Below, piece by piece: positions 1 to 14,149 of a DNA stretch of 64,000 nucleotides. Numbering within the stretch: position 1 is the first letter of the stretch; each line of letters opens with the position of its first letter. Position numbers and translations under genes: made by a program. The stretch comes from Flaccisagitta enflata. Its lineage: Eukaryota. The DNA is taken from assembly GCA_965153355.1 (NCBI GenBank), contig OZ231126.1:28520001-28584000 (forward strand), given 5' to 3'. The notes under the pieces are model-generated. The model saw only the letters and a list, made by a program, of their open reading frames with translations. It was not told where the DNA came from and did not search any database.

Positions 1-216
1 TGAATGGATTTTCAATTGATATGTATTCATTTCTACCTCAATAAATGAACTTATTTTCAAAATGTAAAGATTTCTTTTTCCAAGATAGTATGTATGTATG
101 TATTAAGCATGTTCCAAGGGACAAAATGTCCTTCGGAAGGAAGGGAGGCGAAAGATTATGTCCTTCCCCCAAAGGGAGCCGAAAGATCCGAATGTTTTGC
201 TTTATCAATAAAACTA

Positions 217-887
217 CAGTGGAAATCCAATATAACGGTCTTGAAGGGACTGGAGAATTTTGGTTGTTAAATCCGAATGTTCTTAATCGAATTTCTATTT
301 TTTTTATATTTCTTTATAAATAATCTAAAGCAAAATCAAAAATATATGATTGATGAATTGTAGTGGTTAAACATTTGTGCTATTCGCAAACAGAGTAACA
401 GAAAGCTTCCATTGAGCCTTCTTTAGAATATTAATGGAGCATCATTGCAAAAAATACTTAAATTATTTAGCATGGTAAAAATTCAACAAGAGTTAAGGAA
501 AATTGATCTTGATCCAAATCTTTCTTAACAAAAATAATGACAGATGATCATTTGTATTCCACTATTTATTTATTCTTTTTTTATTCTGTGCATTTTTATG
601 ATTCTTTAGATAAAATATTTTTTAGTTTTTATGATGATGATAGATGATTATAAAAAAGAATAGAATTGATTTTATCATATTATATACTCATGTCTTTAAA
701 TTAGGTGTAAATTTTCCATGGGACCTAAAAATAGCGCCTGTAAACCAGGTTTGGCTGTTAAATCAGGTGTTGTTAAATCAGAAAAAATTAATATTGTAAA
801 AGCCTATAAAATTTTGGGACCTAGGCATCATAGTTGCTAAATCAGAAATGCTGTTAAATCAGGTGCCGATAAGGCAGCAGTCCACTG
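217..887. mobile_element. pogo/Tc1-mariner-type MITE
   Basis: TA|CAGTGGA at 217 and TCCACTG|TA at 887; TA TSD; subterminal GTTAAATC repeats; AT-rich non-coding core. Confidence 0.7.
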
Positions 888-1119
888 TACTTCATTTCAG
901 GTTGGAAATAGTGGGCATACGCCAGAGGAGAGAGCCAAAACAGTCTTAGATCACTTTCCGTCACTTTTAGTTATTTATGATGGGAAACCTAGGAAACAAA
1001 ATGATTGACTTAGGTCTTACAACTGATACGTTATTTGAATAATCCATTTCTTTTTAAACAAAACTGAACCCCGGCTAACAATCTTGGACATTCAAGTTGA
1101 CAGGCTTCGCAAAGATGGG

Positions 1120-1206
<87 letters not shown>

Positions 1207-1420
1207 TGCTGCCTGAAAGAGGCAAAAAATTACTCTTTCTTCACCACAATTACAAGCGCATGAACAAAGAGAAAAAAAATTTGAATTCCTTGATGCGCCT
1301 GGCCATCTTTTTTTCGCCATCTTTATCCTGTCACTCATTTGCCATGGGTGCCTCAGATGGCTGTTAAAACCTGTTTTGATCTGAAATTTGTTTCTTCTAC
1401 ACTTTCACGCGTAATACAAC

Positions 1421-1791
1421 GTGAAGATTACAAAAACCATAAAAAAGGTTAGCACCCTCACCTACAGCTTATGACAAAAGCTCCACAGGATCATATGGGG
1501 TATCATTCTGTAGCTTGTCACAGTACAATTTACACCACCGAGGCGATTTTCTAATTTCGCTCCCATTCTTGAGAAATCTTACCTCAAACATTGGCGGCGG
1601 ACACCCTCTTAGAGGTGAAAAAAAATCCGACTTTTGGAGTGAATATCACTTGAACGGAGGCGAAATTTAAAATTCGCCTTGGTGGCGTAAATTGTATTGG
1701 GACAACCTATTGAATGATACCCTAAACGACCATGTGGCTTTGGCGACATGAGTTGCAAGGGGGGGTGCTATACCTTTTCCGTAATCCTCAC
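1421..1791. mobile_element. Foldback MITE with ~170-bp imperfect inverted arms
   Basis: GTGAAGATTAC...TAGCACCC...GGGGTATCATTC...TACAATTTACACCACCGAGGCGA is mirrored by TCGCCTTGGTGGCGTAAATTGTA...GAATGATACCC...GGGTGCTA...GTAATCCTCAC. TSD unclear. Confidence 0.65.
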
Positions 1792-2314
1792 TGAGGAGGT
1801 TTGGAGTTTCAAACAAAATCATCTAGTGGCATATAACGGAAGTATAATTGAGAATATATGCATAGTAGGTTGCGTATAAGTGGAGTTTTTGGCCTAAAAA
1901 ACGCTTTTTAACGTTTTTTTTAGTAGTATTACAATTACTACTACTTTTTAAGAAGAAATGAGTTTCCCAGTGCCTGTGATGCATCGTTGACTCTTTAGTA
2001 AAATAATTGAGCAAAGCATGGTGGTGTTTTTTCATTCAAATGTTCTCAATTGCTTTTCGTCCATATTATAAAATAAAATAAAAGTTTTGTTACTATTTTC
2101 TAGTTATGGATTAAGATTATTAAGAGCACGTGCTATCTCCGTTTTGTTACAGGGAGAGAGAGAGAGAGAGAGAGAGAATCAGACAGACAGACCCAGACCA
2201 AGATCGAGACTTGAACAGAATAAAGGACAATTCATGAAAAAAGTGATTGGCCTTTTGATTTTTTCTTGCCACTCAGTCTCAATTATGGGTTCTGTAATAT
2301 TCTTTCTTTGTTGT

Positions 2315-2365
<51 letters not shown>

Positions 2366-3396
2366 CGCTAACAGACATAGACAAGAAGAACTTGATTCTG
2401 GACTCATTTCAGCCTTTCTTTTGGAACAATACATTGATACAATCTTGATATCAGCATGAGGGTGAATCACCGATCATTTATTTTACTTTATTTTCTGTTT
2501 CATCAAAACTATTATACTGGTGAAATATATATAACTATAAAATGTAATGAATTAGATAATTATAAAGAATTTGATTAGCAAAATATGAGTAAAAAACATT
2601 AGATATAAATGAAAAAGATGAAAAAAGTGACAACAGAATTATTAAAAGTATGGTACATTGAAAAAAAATGTAGTAAAAAGTAACAAATGAAACATAAAAA
2701 TGAAAATTGAAAAATGAGATAAAAAAAAAGAATGAAAAGTAAAAAGTAAAAAGTAAAAAGTAAAAAGTAAAAAGTAAAAAATAAAAAGTGAAAAGTGAAA
2801 AGTGAAAAGTGAATAATGAAACATAAAAACTGATGAAAATAACAAAAATAAATGGTAATAAGAAATGAAAATAATGGGAAAATTCTTAAAAATTTTCACT
2901 AAATTTTCAAAATGATCACAGAAAATCCACTATGAATTCCCTAAAAAAATCTACTCCATCACTGCCAAGTGAAAAACCTGAAAACCGCCAATGGGAAACT
3001 CATTTTAGCGCCAAATACGTTTTTGCGTCTCATCTGCCACTTCCGGTAGAGATGGCGTATAAAAAAGCGTATAGGTAAACTCTAATCCTCAGGATGTATT
3101 CAACGTGCGTATGTACAGTCCAATCTTCTTGCCTTTAAAAAAAAAATTCTGCATTGAATTTTTATCGCAAATTTTGTGAAAAAAATTAATAAAATGTTCA
3201 ATTCCACAGTTTTAAAAGCTTAATTGTGATACATTTAAAGTAGAAGTTAGCACGGTTCCTGTTATTTAGCCAGTCGCCAAAACATTCGGGATAATTCGGA
3301 GGAATAATGAAATTATTTGTGGGAATCCGAAACAACAGAAAAAATGTATTATTTGTCCGAAATATTTCGGACTTCCGAACATTCCCTCCATGCCTA

Positions 3397-3477
3397 GTAT
3401 GTATGTATGTATGTATGTATGTATGTATGTATGTATGTATGTATGTATGTATGTATGTATGTATGTATGTATGTATG

Positions 3478-3511
<34 letters not shown>

Positions 3512-3545
3512 TGTATGTATGTATGTATGTATGTATGTATGTATG
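3397..3545. repeat. (TATG)n microsatellite, listed as one example of many (AG)n, (AC)n, (CAA)n and (AAAG)n tracts
   Basis: Direct reading. Other long tracts include 1123-1203, 7119-7330, 8870-9045, 11602-11950, 32720-32915, 36393-36532, 60886-61005, 61480-61709, 62235-62426 and 63001-63323. Confidence 0.98.
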
Positions 3546-6500
3546 AATTTATGTAGTTGTGTGTGTAATCTTAAAACAGAGCACGCGACTGTTGGCCCAT
3601 TGGCTTGTTTTCCTCGAAAGAGTATATTTAAAGTTGTGGAAAGACAAACTTACGTACGCGTATTCTTTTTTTTTTTTCAACCTGCTGGAAAAAGTTGGTG
3701 AGCTTATTTCCAGCTTGAACGACTTTAACGCGCTTCAGTGGGAATTCCTGGGCTCAAGGGCGCTTCAGGCGTAAGGAGACAAAAATGCGCTTCAGATAGA
3801 AACAGAGACGGAGACACAGACAGAGCCACAGAGCAGCTGCTAAATTGAGACGTAGCTGCATTAACTCAAGTTGGGAGACGGATGAAAAGGCAGAAATTCA
3901 TGGAGTCGATGGCATCTGAAAATGAGGCAGTGGCCTGCTTGAGAGATATAGGTAAATGTCACAATCTCTTTTCGAAGCGAGAACCCGACTTACCACCACG
4001 TTAACACTGTTACCGCAATGTCTAATGCATTGTGACAAGTTTTTATAGTTTGATGACCTACCTAACTACCTGGATTACCTTGCCAAACCATTTTTTGTGA
4101 CCATCCCTACCCCTAGGGGACCTAAAAATAAGGTCAAAATGGCCACATTGGCATGTCCGGATTTTGTCCGGACAAGCAAATAACAAGCAAAACCTATCAA
4201 AAAATAGATAATCTGATCATTTCTCAGCTTTTAATTAGGTATCAGCAATCTCATGTAATGTACAAAAAATTTCATCCCACTGCGCAAATGCTAAGTTGTT
4301 CAAATATTGTAATATCATCCAGTTTTAATCCTCCTGATTTTTTTGCCGTTTCACAGCAAAATCTGAGTATGTCGATTATCTTTTTTTAAAACACTATCAA
4401 TTCTCAAAGTTAAGCAGTTTTCAGGTTTCCATCTAATAGAGCACTACTTGAAGGACATATGCTCCAATTGGGTGCTTCACATAGCAAAAGTTGCTTCTTT
4501 CTTTTCATCCTTTTGACCTAATGTGGAGTGGCCAATTTTAGGACCCTTACCATTTTTCTTTTATCAAAAATTGTTCATCTTCCGTTTTCTAGAAAATTGT
4601 TTTTGAGAGCCTAATTTGTATATTGCAGTAGGACAAAAAAATATGCTGATCTTTTTTTAATTAGCCTTTACAAATTTTTGCTCTTTAAAGAATTGTTAAT
4701 CTGCCTTTTCACAATCTCTTTTGTAACTTATGCTGTGATATTTTAATTTATTTTTTAAAAATCATGATTTTCTAAAGCTAACAATTGTTTCTTTTGTAAC
4801 AAGACTGCACAGGATTTTGCTGAATTCTGGGAAATCTGAGGAATCTTTAAGGCCAAAACAAAAACGGAAGATGAAGGAATTTTGAAAAAGAGAATACGGT
4901 CATCTTCATGATTTCTTTCACTCCGTATTGGGTTAGCGGGACGAGAAGAAAATCAAATTTTTTGCTATGCGAAGCCCCCAAATGCTCCAAATTTCATGCC
5001 ACTGTGTCACCCCAATCCGGAGTAATCCCACTTTTCTTCAAGCGTGATTATTCCGCACACCCCCCCAGCTCTTCTGTCACACTCATGTCACGCTGTCAGT
5101 CTGTCACTGTCACGCCATTGTGAAGCTGATGATGGAAATTTGGTTGACACGATGAGAATGAGCATGAAATTTTGCATCTACACTGAAAATTTCAGATCTT
5201 AACTCCTTGGCATTCAGTCATAATGAAATTTTCAAAGTGAGTGGTTGATTGATTGTTGCAGAATAATCACGCTTCGCGATGAATCTTCCTAGTTAATTCT
5301 TTGTTTCCACACAGCGCTTCTCACACCAATAAGCGATGCTTTTGTATCTTGATTTGGTAAAATTTCTTAAAATCAAAGTTGGCATATCTCAAGAACGATT
5401 TGAGCTAGCCCATTGAAACTTTGCATGGTTGATACCTAGATCAAGAGGGTCCTTTGCCTAGATTCTGATTCGACCTAAAGAATATTATGCAGTCCAACCA
5501 GACCAACCAGCCTACCAGATGAAAAAACGAAAAAGTGGCATAACTTCCATAATAATTGTCCGATCTGGTTGAAATTTTGCATGAAGCTTCCCTTAAAGGT
5601 TCCTCATCACTGGTTTGAATAAGAGCTTGGTTAAAAAAAATTTTCTCCAACAGCCCACCTAGCCAAAAATGGTACTTATAGAGATTTTTTAAAAAACTAA
5701 AAAAATTCAAAGATTTCTTGGCAACATATGATCACACATGATTGCTTGAACATTATCAATAAGAATTTTACTGTTATATTGATTTCTTTATTGTATTTAG
5801 CTAAATTCTTTAGTAATAAAACTGCCAATAATACCGTTTTAAGCCTAATTTGCATGAAAAATGAGCTTTTATAAGAAAATCCAAGTATGGATTCATACGT
5901 TATAACAGGTAAGCTACATGATGATGAATGGTTTTGTTCAATTTTCAAACATGAAAAATTGATGGATTCCACCCGTCCAGGGTTGGCTTTCCATGACAAT
6001 CGCCATATAGATAATGACAACATTGACGAGATGGCCTAAAAGACACTTTAATGGCATGGGGGAATGTAGAATTGAATAGAAGTAACAGAAAAGAAACAAT
6101 GAAAGCTGATTAAGACTAAGATAACACGTTTTTAGGAGGAAAGGAAGAAAGAAAGGAAGAGAAAATGGGAGAAAGTAAGAAAGACAGACAGACAGACAGA
6201 CAGACAGTAAAACAGACATAAAGGCAAACAGACCGAGAAACAGACGGAGAATAGGTATTCAGCAAGACAGGCTTATCCAGATAGTAGGACCGAAAGATAA
6301 CAATAGACTGACTGACAGGAAGAAACACATGTACACAAGGCCTCTTCCATATTTCTCAGTTTGGGTAGAGTGAGGGATTTTGATCAACTAGTCATAGAGA
6401 AATAGACAGATCGATGCATATAATGAACACGCCGATCAAGTTAGTTAGTAAGGGTTTAAAACAGTTGAGTATCCCCCCCCCCCCATCATGGAGATGGGGA

Positions 6501-7115
6501 ACACAATCAAATGTCAGAAAAGAAGAACAAATCAAATTTTTGAAGATTTACCCTTATGGTAGTTCTAAAAGGTGATATTTGATATTTTGATAACTACAAC
6601 ACAATTTAACACTAAACCTAAAATATACTGTTTTATTGCTTTGAGGGGAAGAAAAACAGAAATTTTGTAACACGATGCGATTTGTCGCGAGGAAGAAAAA
6701 CTAAGGCAGGAGGGGGGGGGGCAATAAAATCAAAATCCACTCAATTGTATACACCCGTGGTTTAGAATTGCGTCGTTGGAGATGAGGAAAAAAACAACCG
6801 AACAACAAAACAACCATAAAACGGAAAAAACAACAGAAACATTTGAACACGGTGCTGAAGGCTGTTGGAAATGCGTTAGAATCGCCATTGTACAACACAA
6901 CAGAACAGAGGAAAACAACAACTGAACAACAGAAAAACCAAAAAACTAAATAAAAACAGCAACAATTGAACACGACCCTCAAGGCTGTTGGAAATGCGCT
7001 AGAATCGCGCTTGAACAACTCAACTAACTCAATTCTCTGAAAAAGGCGAAAAGGAAACGATTTCGATTTGAAACCAACTTTGTTTTCTTTTTTCTTTCAT
7101 GGAATTAAGGAGAAT

Positions 7116-7241
<126 letters not shown>

Positions 7242-7253
7242 AACACAGAGAGA

Positions 7254-7324
<71 letters not shown>

Positions 7325-7909
7325 TGTGTGTGAGTACATGAGTGTGTGTGTTTGCGTGCGTGCGCGCTTATATCTGTGTTTGAGCATTCACGTGCGAATG
7401 AGCGCGTGATAGATTTTTTCATTTTACCCGTTACGAATGCAATCAATTTTGTGAATTCTCCACGCTTTGATACATCCGTCTCTTTATTTCATAGAGATAA
7501 TTAAATAAGTTTAAGTTTAAACACTCTCCATCGATACGTGACAGTCTGGTACTCTTTCGTATTTTTGACGTTTAAAAAAAAGAAGACACGCCTGCCGCTT
7601 TTTTTTGGGGGGGGGGGGGCGCGGGGAGGGGCCTCCCCGAGTTTTCGGGGGCGATATTTTGCAGCACTGCCCCTGCCAAGTGACCGGAATACCTTCAGCA
7701 TCACTGCCCCTGCCAACGCTTATTTCAGGCCCTGCCCACCAGTGAATCTCTGTCCATCAGGATAATGATCCTTTGCTCCTTCGTTTGTTCGTATGTTCGT
7801 AGCCATACTACCAAATTCCTATATTACTCTTCCTCCTTATTATCTCCTTTCTTCATGCCCCTCCCCCGCCCTCAGATACACCATTCCTTTTGTCCCAAAA
7901 CACCACCGC

Positions 7910-8250
7910 GGGCCGGTTGTCCTCCTATTCCCGTTCCTAAGGACCTTCTTCTTCTACAGACGACCCCTGGGGGCCCGACGCTATGTCCTCTCGTTCCCGT
8001 TGCTAAGGGCTTCTATCTCCCACGGACCACCCCTGGGAGCCCGATGTCCTCCCATTCCCGTTCCTAAGAACCTTCTTCTTCTGCGGACCACCCCTGGGGG
8101 CCCGATGTCCTCCCGTTCTTGTTCCTAAGGGCCTTTATCTCCCACCGACCACCCATGGGGGCCCGTTGTCCTCCCATTCCCGTTCCTAAGGACCTTCTTC
8201 TTCTACGGACCACCCCTGGCGGTCCGATGTCCCCCCATTCCCGTTCCTTA
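7910..8250. repeat. ~62-bp GC-rich minisatellite (5-6 units) in the intron after the inverted kinesin exon
   Basis: CCCGTTCCTAAG...ACCACCCCTGGG...CCGATGTCCTC recurs at about 7930, 7996, 8056, 8120, 8179 and 8240. Confidence 0.85.
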
Positions 8251-8614
8251 GGGCCTTCATCCCCCACGACGGGCCACCTGCGCAACTTCTTCATCTTCTT
8301 CTCGATTCTCACCTGGATGCTGGCGCACTTTGAGTCCTCCTCCTTTGTTAGCTTTCGGGTTGAGCAAGTCTCTCACTTGCTCAGAATAAATTTCCAACAT
8401 GGAAAACTTCACGTTAAGTTCTTCGTCTTTCTTCAGGCCGGGTTTCTTCTCGTTGATGCCAGAAAATAAACGCTCGCAAAAAATCGGAACCACGCCCCGA
8501 TTCTTGCCGTAGCTGGAATTGTGTGGGGGAAAAGGGTGGGGTTTGTGGTGAGGTTTTGTGGGGAGGGGGGTTTGGATGTTGAGCGTGTGGGTGGGGGAGA
8601 GTTGAGTGCGTGGA

Positions 8615-8692
<78 letters not shown>

Positions 8693-8869
8693 GGGAAATT
8701 CATAAATCGAATCGACAAAAAAACTTGGTAGTGAGGTCTATAAAAAGTGGTCTTCCGTCTATCATGCAGCAGTCTTGGAGTTTCTTGGTCTGAACACCGG
8801 CAATCAGGGTAACCAACTAGGCAACTAACTCGAAGCGATTCAGTTGATGCGGTGACGGTGGTCATGAAC

Positions 8870-8900
<31 letters not shown>

Positions 8901-8902
8901 GC

Positions 8903-8965
<63 letters not shown>

Positions 8966-10983
8966 CGTTGTCGTTGTCGTTGTTGTTGTTGTTGTTGTTG
9001 CTGTTGTTGTTGTTGTTGTCGTTGTTGTTGTCGTTGTTGTTGTCGTTTGTGCAACGTCTGTAAAGAAAGAAACCAAGAAACCAAAAATGATGGAAAAAAG
9101 TTTGGATGGCCAAAAAGTCGAGGATTTTTTTTTTTTTTTTTTTTTAAGATGCTGAGCGTGGAGCTCCAAGATTGTATAACGACCGAAACTCTGCGGTTTT
9201 GATTTCAAGATACTAGCACATGTGTAAATGTGAAAATCATATGGAATTCTTGTTTGATTTTTCACAACTTCAACAATGAGATAAAAATCTATGAATAATT
9301 GAAATGAATCAAATGTACCAAATGAAGCCACTGACGCCAGCGCATGTTTGACGCATTGACATATTGAAGGATCAAAAGTAAAGTATTTGCAATAAATGTA
9401 TATACTTTGGGTTTAGTTGGTATAGCATTCTATTTGTTGTACATTTTGGGAAACAAAAAAAAATGATATGCCTCACTTGAAAGCAAATCAAATGTCACAC
9501 GGGTAATTCAAAATTAGGGTAGGTAAAAAATCAACAGACTTCCACGTACTTGGCAGGCTGTAATGTTAAAAGTGATATAATCGATTTAGTTATCCCTTTA
9601 AATGATTCAGAGGTCTCATTTCTTTCTGTTGTATCACAAAGTGAGGTTGAGAAGATAAGAGAATCCCGACTTCCCATCTGGCTGGGTTATGCGGTTGCGC
9701 AATGCGCAGGCGCGCAGAGTGGGCAGTAATGGCACAACTGATGGGAGATGTGATGGTAGAACTACAGAATTCTCAAGTCTACCTCCCGTCGGGGTCGAAC
9801 ACAAAAACCCCGAATTTGTTGAACCGTGATGACCCTTGGAAAAATAGACCAAAAAACCAAGAAAAAAGAGGGGTAGATGTACACAGATAAGCAGAGAGGA
9901 CCTAAGTCGCGTGCATCGGCACTTTCAAAAAAGTCAGGCAGACAGACAGACAAACAATTTTGTTTCAGAAAGACATCTAAAATAGCTCTTTACTCCTCCA
10001 AGATTCTTCTCTACTTTTCAGTTCCATAAAAAATACTATAAGAATCCTTTAAAACAACTTTGTGACGGACCGACGGACCGACGGACCGACGGACCGACGG
10101 ACCGACAGACCAACGGGACTGACAGACTGACCAACCGACCGAAAAGTGGCTTATAGAGTCGCGTAGCACGCGACTAAAAAAAATGCGAAGAGAGAAAAGG
10201 GCGGAAAGATTTACAAAACTGGGGAGAGGTAAGTGCAAAGACCGAAAGCTAGATAATGTCTGAAGAAAGATAATGGAACATAAATGTAAAGAAATAAACT
10301 GTATAGAAATAAACTTACACGACTGTATAGAGATGAACTGATGCGATTGAAGACCGAGTAGGAAATAACGTCAATTGGTAAATATGACTAGTTTCTTCGC
10401 AGTAAACCTCGGGAGAAAAAACTCACCATCCCCAACCCCTTTTCTCTCTTTCCGCCCGTTGGATGCTTGCCCGTCTCTCAATTAGGTCTAATTATCTCTT
10501 CAAAAGATCATGTTCGTCCGTCCGTCTGTACCTCCCTCGCCAGTAAGTCTGTCTGATTGAAATTGAAATTGAAATACATTTAATTAACCCGAGACATGTT
10601 AAGGACACTAGATCAAATCACAAATCCACAAGGGTGCGTGAATGTGTAGTGCATTACACTACTTCGATGGTACAAATACAAAATCGTTCAATATCGTAAC
10701 GGGCTCTGCGACAATATGTAAACTTGGAATGATTGATTGATTATCAGCCATTTCGATATGTTGGTGATTAGTTACGGAATGCAAGTGAAAAGACAATGTC
10801 TCATGTCTAAGTCAGTCTAACGCTGTCCGGCATTATTGCCCCTTGACACTCGCACGCGACTGAGGTTGTCATGTATTCGTGATAATATCGACCCCGTTTC
10901 TTTTTCTTTTATTCTTTCTTTCCGGCCCTAGTTAAAAATCTTGATAAATTTCTCGTTTGGCCTCAAGCTCTCATGCTTTACTA

Positions 10984-11043
<60 letters not shown>

Positions 11044-11601
11044 ATATCCCGCAAGGAAAACGTAATCTGCTTCAAATTAGATCTAGGGGGTTCGCGCAAG
11101 GGCCTAGGGCTAAGACATGGATGATTTCCATATTCTCTTTATTCATAACATCGCTCATCGAAATTTAGTACAAACAAACCGATTTCAGTGCAGTGTATTT
11201 GAAAGGATAGGAACAACACCTCACTGATGACCCAAACTTAAAATAAATGGAAGAGGGCCTTGTGAGCCCTCACTGACTAGTTACTACGCGCATCACTCCT
11301 AGTTTTCCATAAAACAGTAACATTCCCTCTCACTCTAACCCAAAAGAAAACTCCTTACCAAAATAGTTATGTAGGTGTATGTACGTGTTACACAGGTCTT
11401 CTGCGCCTCCTTATAATTTCCTTGCGCTTCTTAACCCATTATCTCCTAGGAGGATGTCAACTGATATATCTTTGTTCACATGTAATTGCATTTATAAAGT
11501 AATGTCTACGTTTTGTTTGTTGTTTGTTTGGAAGGGAACCCAGAGACTTAAGTGAAGAGTCTATCATCATGGGAGATCTCGTGGAGCTACGCGAGAGAAA
11601 T
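8242..11601 (-). repeat. Left arm of a 3.4-kb inverted duplication (partner 32921-36392)
   Basis: Reverse complement matches 32921-36392; the same peptides (MFGREPRDLSEE..., VPIFCERLFSG...) appear on opposite strands in the ORF track. Confidence 0.92.
8313..8512 (-). CDS. Inverted duplicate of kinesin-3 (KIF28-like) exon 3
   Basis: ttccag|CTACGGCAAG...CATCCAG|gtgaga; encodes YGKNRGVVPIFCERLF...FSMLEIYSEQVRDLL...LKVRQHP, matching 36122-36321. Confidence 0.8.
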
Positions 11602-11620
11602 GTGTGTGTGTATTGTTTTT

Positions 11621-11664
<44 letters not shown>

Positions 11665-11724
11665 TGTGTGTTTGAGTGTTCGTATGTGTGTTGTGTGTGT
11701 TCATGTGTGTGTTCGTGTGTGTGT

Positions 11725-11768
<44 letters not shown>

Positions 11769-11821
11769 TTTGTGTGTGTGTTCGTGTGTGTGCGTACGTG
11801 TTCGTGTGTGTATGTGTGTGT

Positions 11822-11866
<45 letters not shown>

Positions 11867-11907
11867 GTGTGTGTGTGTGCGTGCGTGCGTGTGTCCGTGT
11901 GTTCATT

Positions 11908-11941
<34 letters not shown>

Positions 11942-12183
11942 TGTGTGTGTGTACTTGTTTGTGGGTCCGAGCCTTGGAGTTTTAGGTGGGCGAGAAAGGA
12001 AAGAAATCTGTTTAACAGCTCGGAAATGATCGCTCTCGTTAGCCAAAGTTAGAGAGACAAGAAAACATCAAATCGATCATCCTCTTTGTCTGTCTGTCTG
12101 TCCGTCTGTCTCGGAAGTGATCGCTCTCATAGCTAAAGTTAGAGAGACAAGAAAACCGTCCGTGTGTGTGTGTGTGTGTGTGT

Positions 12184-12314
<131 letters not shown>

Positions 12315-12361
12315 GTGGTTTCGTTTCTTGTTTACACGCTAAGACTTCTTTCTTCTTCATC

Positions 12362-12612
12362 TTTTTAGATGCGTCCTCGCATCTCTATAATAGGCTCTGT
12401 CCGTCGGTCGGTCTGTCGGTTGGTCGGGTAACGCATTCATTAAAAACATCGAATTCATGCTTTTTTTTTTTTCAACAGAAAAGTGGTCCTGACCCATTAA
12501 AAGAAGCATACATCTACTGTATTCATTCATAAACAACATTCATTCATTAAAAAACATTTATTCATAAACAACATTCATTCAAGGAGGACGCATCGTTGGC
12601 CTACTTGGTCTG
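12362..12612 (+). mobile_element. HINE/DINE-like non-autonomous Helentron, second family
   Basis: TTTTAGATGCGTCCTCGCATCT 5' palindrome, (GTCG/GTCT)n microsatellite, 3' GAGGACGCATC subterminal inverted repeat, ending ...TGTTT. Confidence 0.55.
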
Positions 12613-13799
12613 TTTTCTCCCTTCCTTGTTTTTGTTTTTGTTTTTTTGTTTTTGTTTTTGTTTTTTTTTTTTTGTTTTTTCGATTTCACGGAGCCTCGAC
12701 TCCCCAAATTTGCCAGGCCTGGAATAAATTCCGTTGGGCAAGCTGAAACTGAGGCCACACTCACACTCAGTCTCAACCCTACTGCCACAAACCATGATCC
12801 CCTCAAATTCAAAGATAACCACTACAACAATGCTTCCTACAATCATCTGCCTGCCGCGATCTTTGTGCTGAAGGTTGTGAGTCTCAGTTTAACATTATCG
12901 CGCATTGGGCAATGGTAATGGTAATGGTAATGGCGTGGCGCCATCGTAGCACTGAGGCACAAGATGTGGTCGTGGTACTGTAGCACAAGCAATAAAAGCA
13001 AATCAAAAGTCGAGAATCTGTTCATTTGACCGCCTGATGGAGAAAAAAATTGCTATGAACCCCTATCAGCCTGCCACACAGCCGTTTTATCGTCTAATGC
13101 TACAGTAGTGATTATCAAAGAATTTACTTAAAGAATGTTAACTGCTTATGCATATATGCCGATATGCGAATAAGATGCTGAAGCATGTCGAATTGTTGAT
13201 CGCAAACCGCCGATAGTCGTTAGCTGTTAGTATGGTCACTTGCTAGTTGCTACGGCATGAAATATGGTCAATTCTCATTTACTGTGGCATGTACTATTGT
13301 CATTGGCCATGCCATGAAGTATGGTCATTGCGCTGTAGCATGAAATATGGTCATTACGCTTTAGCATGAAATATGGTCATTGGCTATAGCATAAAGCCAT
13401 AATGGCGCGAAAGCGGAGGCCCTAATCCCCGAAACGAACTGACAACCAAATTCATTTATTCATATTTATGTACATGTGGTCGATGGTAGAGACTGGAGAG
13501 AGAGAGAGAGAGAGACTGAAACACACAAAAACAGACAGACAGACAGACACACAAACACACAGATAGACAGACCGATGGACGAACAGTACTGGTCATACAA
13601 GGAGGATATGCGAATTAAACAGAATAGAATAGATAACTAATCCCGGAATTACGACTCACGATTTCCAAATAGTCATACTAGTCATTATGTCTGAAACAGC
13701 GATAACGAAAAATGTTGGGAAAGGCTCGGACGGACAAACGGACAGACCAATGAATCGGCACGGCTCCATATGTTCGTAGTGTTGCGTGCTCGAGACCAA

Positions 13800-13966
13800 A
13801 ACGAGGCCGGAAAAACGGCAACGTTGTCGCGGACGCGGACAGGTGGGCAACGGCAGTAGAGCAAATTACCACTCACATTTCGAAAAAGTTACCGACCGAC
13901 AGACGAAACGACAGACCGACGGGCCGTCCAACACGGCAAGTTCTATAGTCGTATGTACGCGACTAG
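13800..13966 (-). mobile_element. HINE/DINE-like element (AGTCGCG family)
   Basis: AACGAGGCCGGAAAAACGGC...GTCGCG...(GACC/GACA)n...AGTCGTATGTACGCGACTA. Confidence 0.55.
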
Positions 13967-14149
13967 CCAGAATCAGAGAAGAAGGAAGCGAAAGTTAGGG
14001 GTTTTTTTTTTCTTATTAGGAAAGCAAAAAGCGAAGAGATGAAAGGAAACAAAAATTTCACGCTTTAGTGGTTGTTGCAATGTGGCACTAGGCGGCAGTG
14101 GTGTTGTTGTCTGAATCTGGCACAAAATTTACTAATAAAAGCAAAAAAG

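Noticed and set aside
3030-3058. ETS-like CACTTCCGG and YY1-like AGATGGCG promoter motifs
   Set aside because: Short motifs with no linked gene or TSS evidence.
3995-6055. Probable DNA transposon-derived sequence
   Set aside because: It looks like MITE interior, but I could not pair TIRs or a TSD, so it was not called.
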